IMG/VR virus record: IMGVR_UViG_3300025617_000001
Location: 2,249-66,248 of that record
DNA: 64,000 nucleotides
Origin: a virus
Reading direction: 5' to 3' (one strand)
Shown here: positions 9,033 through 17,040 of the stretch, piece by piece
Position numbering within the stretch: position 1 is the first letter of the stretch
Layout: each line of letters starts with the position of its first letter
Position numbers and translations under genes: made by a program
Notes under the pieces: model-generated
Seen by the model: only the letters and a program-made list of their open reading frames with translations
Told to the model about the DNA's origin: nothing
The model's database searches: none

Positions 9033-9358
9033 CTACACTAATTAAACCACAGAAGAAAAACCACATTTACTACTTCAATGAAGACACAGTAAAAGATTAC
9101 ATGTACGAAACCCACACTGCGAAGTACGAGTTTGTTCGCTACAACTGCGACTGGGAAGACGACGAGTTACTGTTCAACGAGATACTCGAAGACTTTGACG
9201 ATCAGATACAAGAAGCAGAAATCGCCGAGTTTATAGAAATGAAATCTTGGGATCCAGAGTATTTAGCTATGGCACTACGTCGTGAGTGGCGTAAACAAAG
9301 TATATTACAATTAGAAATTAAAAAAATTAAAGAAGCAGTAAATAACGTTCGTTACTAA
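9029..9358 (+). CDS. Early acidic hypothetical protein
   Basis: 109 aa in packed + strand operon. Confidence 0.75.
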   Translation: MTTLIKPQKKNHIYYFNEDTVKDYMYETHTAKYEFVRYNCDWEDDELLFNEILEDFDDQIQEAEIAEFIEMKSWDPEYLAMALRREWRKQSILQLEIKKIKEAVNNVRY

Positions 9359-9359
9359 T

Positions 9360-9629
9360 ATGGGAGCAATATCAATACACGAAGTAGCAAGTAAAAAAGT
9401 ATACCGTAATGCAGTTGAAGCATACGAAGATTTAGTAGACAATGCAAGAGAGCAGTATGGCACGGATCCTTACTCAGGCACTATTGCCACAACACAGTTG
9501 CAAGGTAAAATTAGTGAGCCAGAAAACTACGAAGATTTCTACAATAAACTCGATGCTATACACAAGCGTGACTGCTGGTACTACGAAACTGACGAGCATT
9601 ATCACTTTATCGGGTGGGCTTCAAGCTAA
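9360..9629 (+). CDS. Early hypothetical protein
   Basis: 89 aa; YG.DPYSGTIAT...FIGWASS pattern resembles small phage proteins. Confidence 0.75.
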   Translation: MGAISIHEVASKKVYRNAVEAYEDLVDNAREQYGTDPYSGTIATTQLQGKISEPENYEDFYNKLDAIHKRDCWYYETDEHYHFIGWASS

Positions 9630-9632
9630 ATA

Positions 9633-9662
9633 CAGACTTAATACGACAACAGCGCGATAATA
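9633..9662 (+). promoter_or_regulatory. Early promoter-like motif
   Basis: CAGA cttaa TACGA caacagcgc GATAATA. Confidence 0.8.
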
Positions 9663-9690
9663 TAACTGTAACAAATTAAATTATATAGAT

Positions 9691-9945
9691 ATGGAAAAAT
9701 TACTACAAGAATTACGTTCAACAGGCGGCATCTTCAATGTACGCTTCTACAAAAAAGACGGTTCACGTCGCAGTATTAATGCACGCTTCGGTGTTCGCAA
9801 AGGTGTAAGCGGTGTAGGCCTTAAGTACGATCCAGCTTCACGTAACAACATCATAGTATACTCTATGGTTGACGGTGGCTTCAGAACTATCAACCTCGAT
9901 AGTATCTACAGAATCAAGTTTAACGGTCAAGAATATATACTGTAA
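9691..9945 (+). CDS. SH3-barrel/WYL_2 (DUF2693)-like protein
   Basis: V.FYKKDGS.R.I.AR...VYSMVDGGFRTINLDSI. Confidence 0.65.
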   Translation: MEKLLQELRSTGGIFNVRFYKKDGSRRSINARFGVRKGVSGVGLKYDPASRNNIIVYSMVDGGFRTINLDSIYRIKFNGQEYIL

Positions 9946-10229
9946 TGTCTAACACACCTACAAGTCACAAAGCCTTGCTGTGGCGTATCTCTCGTCACAT
10001 GCAAGACATGCGTGAAGTTTGGGACTATGATGGTTCTGAAGAATATACTGACGCAGAGATCGATATCCACAATGCAGCTATCAAGTTAGGTATTGTAGAT
10101 CAAGACTGGTACGATCGTCGCCTCAAGGCTACGTTTGATGAGTTATTATGTGAGCTTATCTATGTTACTGGTTTACATCACATGAAACAAAGAATAGACG
10201 AAATAATTATTAACCATGGAACCAGTTAG
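9945..10229 (+). CDS. Early hypothetical protein
   Basis: 94 aa; TAATG coupling. Confidence 0.7.
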   Translation: MSNTPTSHKALLWRISRHMQDMREVWDYDGSEEYTDAEIDIHNAAIKLGIVDQDWYDRRLKATFDELLCELIYVTGLHHMKQRIDEIIINHGTS

Positions 10230-10331
10230 ATCAGGTCAAGGTAGATCTAAAAATCAGATTGCCTGTAACGAAAAAGTAGCAGGCTATACAGCGGTTGGCT
10301 TTATAGCTTTATTAATATTAGCAATTGTATT

Positions 10332-10823
10332 ATGAATATATTTTACTTACATAGTAACCCTTTCAAAGCTGCTGAGTATCAGTATAACAAGCATGTAGTG
10401 AAAATGGTTTTAGAGTCAGCGCAAATGCTTTGTACTGCTCACCACCATTACGGCAACGGCGATAATGTTCCGTACCGAAAAGCTCATTACAACCACCCTT
10501 CAACAGTGTGGGCTAGACAAAGTACTCAGCACTATGATTGGTTACGCGATCACTTCATTGGTTTAGCTGACGAATATACCAAGCGATATGGTAAACGTCA
10601 TTTAGCTTTTGAAAAATGTATTGACTCTTTACTTAATCCACCTACTGGTATGCCTGACAATGGTTTTACTGAACCTCCACAGTGTATGCCTGACGAGTTC
10701 AAAGCGCCTAGTGCTATACACGCGTACTGGAATTACTATCTTACTGACAAACGTAGCGTTGTTAATTCTGATGAGAAAGCTTATGAGGCTATGCCTTCAG
10801 AACTTGCAGACAAAATACGATAG
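10332..10823 (+). CDS. Pyrimidine dimer DNA glycosylase (T4 endonuclease V/DenV-like family)
   Basis: MNIFYL...KHVVKMVLESAQML.TAH...YRKAHYNHPSTVWAR. Confidence 0.8.
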   Translation: MNIFYLHSNPFKAAEYQYNKHVVKMVLESAQMLCTAHHHYGNGDNVPYRKAHYNHPSTVWARQSTQHYDWLRDHFIGLADEYTKRYGKRHLAFEKCIDSLLNPPTGMPDNGFTEPPQCMPDEFKAPSAIHAYWNYYLTDKRSVVNSDEKAYEAMPSELADKIR

Positions 10824-10836
10824 CGGTTCGATAATA
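10807..10836 (+). promoter_or_regulatory. Early promoter-like motif
   Basis: CAGA caaaa TACGA tagcggttc GATAATA; overlaps the 3' end of the glycosylase gene. Confidence 0.8.
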
Positions 10837-10959
10837 TATCTGTAACAAATTAATTATTATGACTTTAAAATGTGAAATGTGCGGTCAACTTATGTCTCAA
10901 AGCGATTATGACTTCAGCGACATCTGTTCTGACTGTTTAGAAGAATTAAATTAACTATT

Positions 10960-11163
10960 ATGAGAGGACCAAACATGAGTTATTGCGCAGCAGAAAACAC
11001 AGAGCGCGCAATGCAGCAATTATTAGAGCTACTCGATGAAGGCGCAAAAGACGTTGACATCAGAGAACAGACTACTGAAGGTTATGCATTAGAGTCTGTT
11101 ATGGAATTATCCAGAGAATTACAAAGAATTATTCAAGACAAAATCGACGAAGCATGGGAGTAA
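10960..11163 (+). CDS. Early hypothetical protein
   Basis: 67 aa; NMSYC..ENT..AM.Q motif. Confidence 0.7.
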   Translation: MRGPNMSYCAAENTERAMQQLLELLDEGAKDVDIREQTTEGYALESVMELSRELQRIIQDKIDEAWE

Positions 11164-11381
11164 CATTAAACGATATGGAGCTTGAGGTATATCATATATG
11201 TGAAGCTCAAATAGAAAAATACATTAACGATTTTATAGAAACAACAGTTTGGGATATGATTTCTGACGAAGTTTGCGATTATCCTTTTAAAAACGAATCG
11301 GACATTCCACCTGGTTCAAGATCAGTTGATGCAGCAATAGAACGTATACATTATCATTTATCTAAAAAATTCAAACAATGA
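11154..11381 (+). CDS. Early hypothetical protein
   Basis: 75 aa in overlapping operon. Confidence 0.65.
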   Translation: MGVTLNDMELEVYHICEAQIEKYINDFIETTVWDMISDEVCDYPFKNESDIPPGSRSVDAAIERIHYHLSKKFKQ

Positions 11382-11653
11382 AAACAGTAAAATTACCTAA
11401 GTTTAAATTAGCAGGTGAGTTAACAATTTATGACAGCGGAGACACTGTACAAAATCCTTTTTCAGGCGAAACGTACGAGCTTACAGCCGAAGAGTTGTCA
11501 GTGTACGACTATATCATTGGTTTACAACACCTTATAAATCGCTCAGGTGGAGCTTTTTCACCAACAACTCGTAAATACCAACAAGACATGCGTATCGGTC
11601 TTGACTGGTTCAGAAAAAATAACGCGTCAGCATACATGGCATTATTAGATTAA
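11378..11653 (+). CDS. Early hypothetical protein
   Basis: 91 aa; NPFSGE...YDYIIG...LDWFRKNN..AYMALLD. Confidence 0.75.
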   Translation: MKTVKLPKFKLAGELTIYDSGDTVQNPFSGETYELTAEELSVYDYIIGLQHLINRSGGAFSPTTRKYQQDMRIGLDWFRKNNASAYMALLD

Positions 11654-11965
11654 TTATGAAAAAAGCATTACAATACTTATTTTACGCTTGGGTTGCTGTT
11701 ATGGTAACAATTATCAGTGTTTCATCTGCAGGCTTACTGTACGGTATATTTACCGGTCAAATACATTAGTCATGAGGCATTACGAAAACAAGCATATAGA
11801 TTATTTAGTAACACAAATCACACCAAAAGGTTTATGGGATTACTGTATCGCTAAAAAATGGTACGACGATTCAGAGTATATCAGAAAAAAATATTTAAAT
11901 TATGAGTAGAAAATTATATTTATTCGAGCAAGAACAACAAGTATTAAAAATTCAAAACAAGCGTA

Positions 11966-11995
11966 CAGACAAAATACGATCTGAGCGTGATAATA
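11966..11995 (+). promoter_or_regulatory. Early promoter-like motif (last copy seen)
   Basis: CAGA caaaa TACGA tctgagcgt GATAATA. Confidence 0.8.
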
Positions 11996-12017
11996 ATGTA
12001 AATATAAAATTACAACC

Positions 12018-12371
12018 ATGGATTACAAAGCAAAAGTTTTAGAATATTACGGATCAGAACTAGAAACTGACTACGATTGTTGGGCAGATACTAAGTTTCA
12101 AATTAAGTATACGACAATCAGCACAGCTGATGACTACCAAATCTTTAACCGTAACGACGGTGGTTCTACAGTCTTTTATGATGAAGATCTGTTTTACTAC
12201 GCAGAAAACTGTCTTGACTGCATAGTTGATGACATCAAAGACGGTTTAACACTGTTCGTCGATGCAGATATCGCGCACGAGTGTGGTCTTGGTGATGATC
12301 AGGGTGAAAACTGGCATTGGCAAGAATTATACGAAGAGTTTTATGAAGAAGAAGATGATGATGAAGATTGA
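12018..12371 (+). CDS. Highly acidic early protein
   Basis: 117 aa, D/E/Y-rich, ends YEEFYEEEDDDED. Confidence 0.75.
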   Translation: MDYKAKVLEYYGSELETDYDCWADTKFQIKYTTISTADDYQIFNRNDGGSTVFYDEDLFYYAENCLDCIVDDIKDGLTLFVDADIAHECGLGDDQGENWHWQELYEEFYEEEDDDED

Positions 12372-12497
12372 TGCCGGAAAGCAAGAGGAGATACACAACA
12401 TGGTAGGTCGTTACGGTGTAACAGGTACTCTTGCGTATTACCAACAAGAAGACGACGATGAAGCTGTTTATTATATATCACTTAAATACTTTAACTC

Positions 12498-12704
12498 ATG
12501 ACAACTAAAGAAAAAGCTAGAAATTATATCTGGTCTCGTATTCAGTCTACCGAAAGAGAATACACTCAGATACACGACGATATGAGACAACCTGGTGATA
12601 GACGCATAAGCATGGATAAGCTAGAGCTCATGCTTGATGCTACGGATCGTAAACTAGACATGTATAACTATTTATTTAAATTAGTAGAATTAGATGAAGG
12701 ATAA
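12498..12704 (+). CDS. Hypothetical protein
   Basis: 68 aa in operon. Confidence 0.65.
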   Translation: MTTKEKARNYIWSRIQSTEREYTQIHDDMRQPGDRRISMDKLELMLDATDRKLDMYNYLFKLVELDEG

Positions 12705-13155
12705 ATTAAACGAAGACAAACACAAAGCATTATACGTAATCAAACATGAAACAGAAAAAATCACTGGCATCGAAGATATTAGTTGTAAGTCCCGCGCACG
12801 GGAATATGTCTTTGCAAGATTCTTATACATCAAAGCAGCAAGAGAATTTACCGACTACGCAATGTCAGCAATAGGCGGCGGTATTGATAGAGATCATGCT
12901 ACAGTTATGCACTCGCTTGTAAACTTACAGTGGGACTTTGACCATAATAAAGATTTACAGACTAAATACGATGAGCTTGCGATAATATTAACGAACAAAT
13001 TAAATATCAATGCTATCAGTAAGCTTGATGAGCAAATCGATAAGCTTTTAGATCAGTTACATACATTACGTAAACGCAGACAAATACTTATAAATTATGA
13101 ATCTTCTGACACAAAACTCGAAAATAAAGAAAACGTCCAAGTTTTTTGGAGTTAA
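12694..13155 (+). CDS. DnaA domain IV-like (Bac_DnaA_C) DNA-binding protein with C-terminal coiled coil
   Basis: KSRAREYVFARFLY...SAIGGGIDRDHATVMHS matches the DnaA C-terminal R.R..AR / IG....RDHxTV.H signature. Confidence 0.8.
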   Translation: MKDKLNEDKHKALYVIKHETEKITGIEDISCKSRAREYVFARFLYIKAAREFTDYAMSAIGGGIDRDHATVMHSLVNLQWDFDHNKDLQTKYDELAIILTNKLNINAISKLDEQIDKLLDQLHTLRKRRQILINYESSDTKLENKENVQVFWS

Positions 13156-13699
13156 AGTTTTTAATTGGACATTACCAGCTTACAAATCTAAATCAGGTAA
13201 AATGATTTGCCCTATGGCAGGCGATTGTAAAGACTTCTGTTATGCACGTAAAGGCGCATACATCTGGTCTAACGTAAACAAAGCGCACGAAGAACGTTAT
13301 GAGTTCAGTAAAACAGATCTATTTGTACCTGTTATGATTGCTGAGATCAAACGTAAAAAAGCTGATTATATTCGTGTACATGACTCTGGCGACTATTACA
13401 GTCCGATGTATTTAGCTAAGTGGTTTGAAATAGCTCGAGCATTACCTGATGTACGTTTTTATAGCTACACCAATATGATCGACTTAGTGCAAAACGTAAA
13501 CGTACCAGACAACTATGATTTTATATATTCAGACTCAGGTAAGCAATCACATCTGATTGATCCTCGCGTCCATAGACACACAAAGATATTTTCGTTAGGT
13601 TCAGATATGGGTAATTACGTAAACGCGTCAGAATATGATTTATATGCAACAAAATGGTTTAGCCCAGAAAATCATCGCATTGGCTTAATGTTTCATTAA
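13097..13699 (+). CDS. GP88-family, radical-SAM-like phage protein
   Basis: NSK.KK; CPMAGDCKDFCYA; IRVHDSGDYYS; FYSYT. Confidence 0.7.
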   Translation: MNLLTQNSKIKKTSKFFGVKVFNWTLPAYKSKSGKMICPMAGDCKDFCYARKGAYIWSNVNKAHEERYEFSKTDLFVPVMIAEIKRKKADYIRVHDSGDYYSPMYLAKWFEIARALPDVRFYSYTNMIDLVQNVNVPDNYDFIYSDSGKQSHLIDPRVHRHTKIFSLGSDMGNYVNASEYDLYATKWFSPENHRIGLMFH

Positions 13700-13814
13700 T
13701 GAAAGAAATACTAGAACTTAGAAAAGGATTAAATGAACTAGCAGTTATCGAAGAAATAATGTTTGGCGTATTAGTCATACTTATTGTCGAGGCACTGCTC
13801 ATAATGCTATACAC

Positions 13815-14054
13815 ATGGCAGATTTCGACTACGAAAAACTAGCAGATCTCATTGTAGATCGACTAATGAAAAAACAAGAAGAATATGAAAAAGAACAAGA
13901 GCAAAACGAACATCAGATCGCAGAGTTAGCGCGTCTTGAAACGTTAATAAGTTTATACGAACAACAAGAAAAATATGAACATGCGGCAATGGTTATGCGT
14001 AAATTACAAAACCTAAAAGCTCGTTTAATTAAAAAGGGTATTATAGATAAATAA
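13815..14054 (+). CDS. Hypothetical protein with UVR-like helical hairpin
   Basis: EQQEKYEHAA motif, coiled coil. Confidence 0.6.
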   Translation: MADFDYEKLADLIVDRLMKKQEEYEKEQEQNEHQIAELARLETLISLYEQQEKYEHAAMVMRKLQNLKARLIKKGIIDK

Positions 14055-14081
14055 AAACTTCAAAAAAAAATATTAATTTTA

Positions 14082-14166
14082 CAAGGTTGTTTTCATAATA
14101 ATAGTTATTTAGTTTGTTTACAGTAGTTACATACCCGGAGTGATAACCTTGGCTTCGGGTTGTAAC
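14082..14166 (+). ncRNA. Candidate structured RNA (hairpin plus pseudoknot)
   Basis: Stem GTTACA-TACCCGGAG / CTTCGGGT-TGTAAC; loop AACCTTG (14145-14151) complementary to CAAGGTT (14082-14088). Confidence 0.4.
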
Positions 14167-14173
14167 AAAAACT

Positions 14174-14218
14174 GTGACAATAGGCTATAAGATTATAAGA
14201 GATAGGGGCTAATGTCAC
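14174..14218. promoter_or_regulatory. Spaced palindromic site, copy C, overlapping start codon of the HTH gene
   Basis: GTGACAATAGGC-N21-GGCTAATGTCAC; ATG 14212 lies in the right arm. Confidence 0.7.
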
Positions 14219-14832
14219 ACAATATGGATTACTTACATGACAATAAGATTATATACAAGCGTTTGCCTGTTTCAGATCTTCCGTCTGCTACGTATCATTG
14301 GGGTTGGCACTATGAAAACGGCACACATGAATACTACGCGTTGTTTCATTCTAAAAGCCAAATAACGTCTTATAAGTCATTAAAATGGCATTTGTATGTA
14401 TTATTACATCTAAATCCAGAAATGTCCAGAGAACGTTTTATTGAACTTACTGATTATATAACTAATAAAGATAATGGGTTTATTTCCTTTACTATCAATC
14501 GCGATGATCTTAGCGATATTATTGAGAAAGTATTAATGTACAATGTTGATCAACCACCGAACAACAGAATACGTAAAGTAATATTTAAAGACGGTACAGG
14601 TTTGTCTGTATCTGATAAACTAAAAATAACAGGTCAACTCATCGGAAGAAATAAAAACGCTTCTGAAAGTGATATATATGAAATAATGTTGTATCTTCAT
14701 GACCAAGGTGAAAAGATTACAGTTAAAAAAATATCTGAAGCCTTAAAAGTTACAACACGTACAATATATAGAAACATAACCGATGAGTTAAAAAAAGAAA
14801 AAGACCTACTTAATGAAGAATTACAATCTTGA
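14212..14832 (+). CDS. DNA-binding protein with C-terminal HTH (regulator or replication initiator)
   Basis: ITVKKISEALKVTTRTIYRN helix-turn-helix. Confidence 0.7.
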   Translation: MSHNMDYLHDNKIIYKRLPVSDLPSATYHWGWHYENGTHEYYALFHSKSQITSYKSLKWHLYVLLHLNPEMSRERFIELTDYITNKDNGFISFTINRDDLSDIIEKVLMYNVDQPPNNRIRKVIFKDGTGLSVSDKLKITGQLIGRNKNASESDIYEIMLYLHDQGEKITVKKISEALKVTTRTIYRNITDELKKEKDLLNEELQS

Positions 14833-15559
14833 CAATTACCTACGTTTCAAGAGAGACCTTGAAGAGGTAATGCCCGAAGATAAGCCGTGGATGGAATATT
14901 CACGAGACGAGTTGATTACAAAACTAATGCCGTTTGCTATTGATGTAGCAAGATCGTTTTCAACGTCAGATCAGGCATCAGGTGTAATGAGTATAAACGA
15001 CATAATGCAAGAAGCTTTCTTATCCTTGACACTAGCTGTAGATCGCATCGACTGGAACATGATGAACCATAACGATGATCTTGAGCGTCAGATAAAAGGC
15101 TTTGTAAGCAAAAGAATAAAAGGTGGTGTTCGCAGAGCTATTGATATTAATCGCGGCGATATTAGAATACCAGAACATAAGATTAATGAGATACGTAAAA
15201 ACGAAGGTAAAGACAAAGAGCTTGTTCAGATGTTTTTTAACTCTATATTTTTAAGTATCGATGAAAATGAAGAAGAAAACGGATTTGAAGTTGAAGACAA
15301 ATCCAAAGACTATAACATAAATATTCTTAATAAATATATATTATCTTTGATGCGACAGTATCTAAGTGATCGTGAATACGATGTAGTTCGTATGAGCTTT
15401 GGTTTAGACTGTGATAAGTTACCCGCAAAAAAGATAGCCAAGTTGCTTGATATACAGGGTGTTGCGGACTTCGTTCGTGTATCTCAGATTAAACGTGATG
15501 CTATTGACAAATTGATCGATAACGTGGACCCTGATCAAGTAATGGACTTTATGAACTAA
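14813..15559 (+). CDS. Phage sigma70-family sigma factor
   Basis: Region 2 (DIMQEAFLSLTLAVDRID...RIKGGVRRAID...IRIP); region 4 (LSDREYDVVRMSFGL...IAKLL...RVSQIKRDAIDKL). Confidence 0.88.
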   Translation: MKNYNLDNYLRFKRDLEEVMPEDKPWMEYSRDELITKLMPFAIDVARSFSTSDQASGVMSINDIMQEAFLSLTLAVDRIDWNMMNHNDDLERQIKGFVSKRIKGGVRRAIDINRGDIRIPEHKINEIRKNEGKDKELVQMFFNSIFLSIDENEEENGFEVEDKSKDYNINILNKYILSLMRQYLSDREYDVVRMSFGLDCDKLPAKKIAKLLDIQGVADFVRVSQIKRDAIDKLIDNVDPDQVMDFMN

Positions 15560-15572
15560 TAAATCAATATAA

Positions 15573-15986
15573 ATGAGTACCTTGACTAAAACAGAAGTGT
15601 TAAGAGAGTTATACAAAAAGTATGGCTTAAACCAAGAAGACACGTTCAAGTCTCCACAAGGCTGGACAATTATTACTCGATCTGGTATCGACAAGATTCA
15701 AGCGGAAGCTGATATCGATATTGACTACGATGTTATCGAGTATGCACCAGGAGAGTCTGCAGCAGTAAAAGCTACAGCAAGCTGGAATGATCGTAAGCTG
15801 ACAACGTTTGGCGAAGCATCACCTAAAAACTGTCGTCAGAGCTATGTATTAGCTATGGCTGAAAAACGAGCTATGTCTCGTATTGTGCTAAAGCTTACAG
15901 GCTTTTATGCATTAGGCGTATTTGGTCAAGATGAATCAGAAGACTTTATTGATGCAAATAAATATCAGTTAAAGAAAACTTTGTAA
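15573..15986 (+). CDS. Single-strand annealing protein (Rad52/Sak-like)
   Basis: FGEASP...LAMAEKRAMSR.VLKL.G...GQDE; adjacent to exonuclease and SSB. Confidence 0.6.
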   Translation: MSTLTKTEVLRELYKKYGLNQEDTFKSPQGWTIITRSGIDKIQAEADIDIDYDVIEYAPGESAAVKATASWNDRKLTTFGEASPKNCRQSYVLAMAEKRAMSRIVLKLTGFYALGVFGQDESEDFIDANKYQLKKTL

Positions 15987-15987
15987 T

Positions 15988-16719
15988 ATGAAACAAGCCG
16001 AAGTGCTTGACCGTCTGAAAAATGACGAGGACTACTATGGTAAATTTGGAAAGCAGTATCTATCAAACTCTGATATTGGTACTCTTTTCAAAAACCCCAT
16101 GGATCTAGGTAAGCCAACCGAAAAAACAGTTCCGATGCTTATCGGCGGTTACTTACACACGTGTATACTTGAGCCTGAAAAGCTACATACATTCAAAATT
16201 ATACCTGCAACAACTCGTAATACTAAACAGTATAAAGAGATATCAGAAGGTGAGCTTTGTTTGTTACAGCATGAGGTTGATCGTATAGAATTATTAAGAG
16301 ATACAATACTTGATAATGATATATGTAGAGATCTTATAAAAGCTGATGGCAATGAGTATGAAAAACCAGCGATCACAGAGTTATTCGGTAATCAATGGAA
16401 AGGTAAAGCTGATATTATAAACCATAATGAAAAGCTTATCATTGATATTAAGACGACTTCAGATATTGACGGTTTTAAATGGAGTGCTAAAAAATATAAC
16501 TACGACAGTCAAGCTTATATTTACAGGCATTTATTTGGGTATGAATTTATTTTCATAGCGATCGATAAAACTTCATATAAAATTAATATATTTGAATGTT
16601 CGGATAATTTTTATCTGACTGGTGAAGACAAAGTAGAAAAAGCAAGTCACATTTATGACCTGTTCTACAAAACAGATGGGTTCGACCCGAAACAATATTT
16701 AGAAACCAATACATTATAG
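15988..16719 (+). CDS. PD-(D/E)XK exonuclease (RecE/exonuclease VIII-like)
   Basis: YLSNSDI; G..LHT.ILEP; KGKADI...IIDIKTT; YNYDSQAYIY. Confidence 0.85.
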   Translation: MKQAEVLDRLKNDEDYYGKFGKQYLSNSDIGTLFKNPMDLGKPTEKTVPMLIGGYLHTCILEPEKLHTFKIIPATTRNTKQYKEISEGELCLLQHEVDRIELLRDTILDNDICRDLIKADGNEYEKPAITELFGNQWKGKADIINHNEKLIIDIKTTSDIDGFKWSAKKYNYDSQAYIYRHLFGYEFIFIAIDKTSYKINIFECSDNFYLTGEDKVEKASHIYDLFYKTDGFDPKQYLETNTL

Positions 16720-16721
16720 AT

Positions 16722-17030
16722 ATGGCGATTATTTTAAAAACAAGTATTAATCTGTCTGAAATACCAAAAGACAAGATTATTGACGGTAAAAAAGGAAAGT
16801 ATTTACCGATCACAATTACTATCAACAACGAGCCAGACCAGTTTGGAAACAACGGTCCAGTAATTGTTGAACAGTCTATGGAAGAGCGTCAAGCCAAAGC
16901 ACAAAAGACTTACTTAGGTAATGTTAAAGTAGTTTGGACTGATGGCCAACCAGCAACGGTAGCACCACGTGAAGGTCAACCTCAACAACAACAATCAAAC
17001 GTAGTAGCAAACGACGATTTACCATTTTAA
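16722..17030 (+). CDS. ssb: Single-stranded DNA-binding protein
   Basis: OB-like core, Gln-rich linker, DDLPF C-terminus. Confidence 0.75.
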   Translation: MAIILKTSINLSEIPKDKIIDGKKGKYLPITITINNEPDQFGNNGPVIVEQSMEERQAKAQKTYLGNVKVVWTDGQPATVAPREGQPQQQQSNVVANDDLPF

Positions 17031-17040
17031 TTAAATAGAC

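Noticed and set aside
5471-11995. Repeated motif as a CRISPR array or attC-like cassette sites
   Set aside because: Spacing is irregular with genes in between, internal positions vary freely, it is not palindromic, and no cas or integrase gene is present; a promoter fits better
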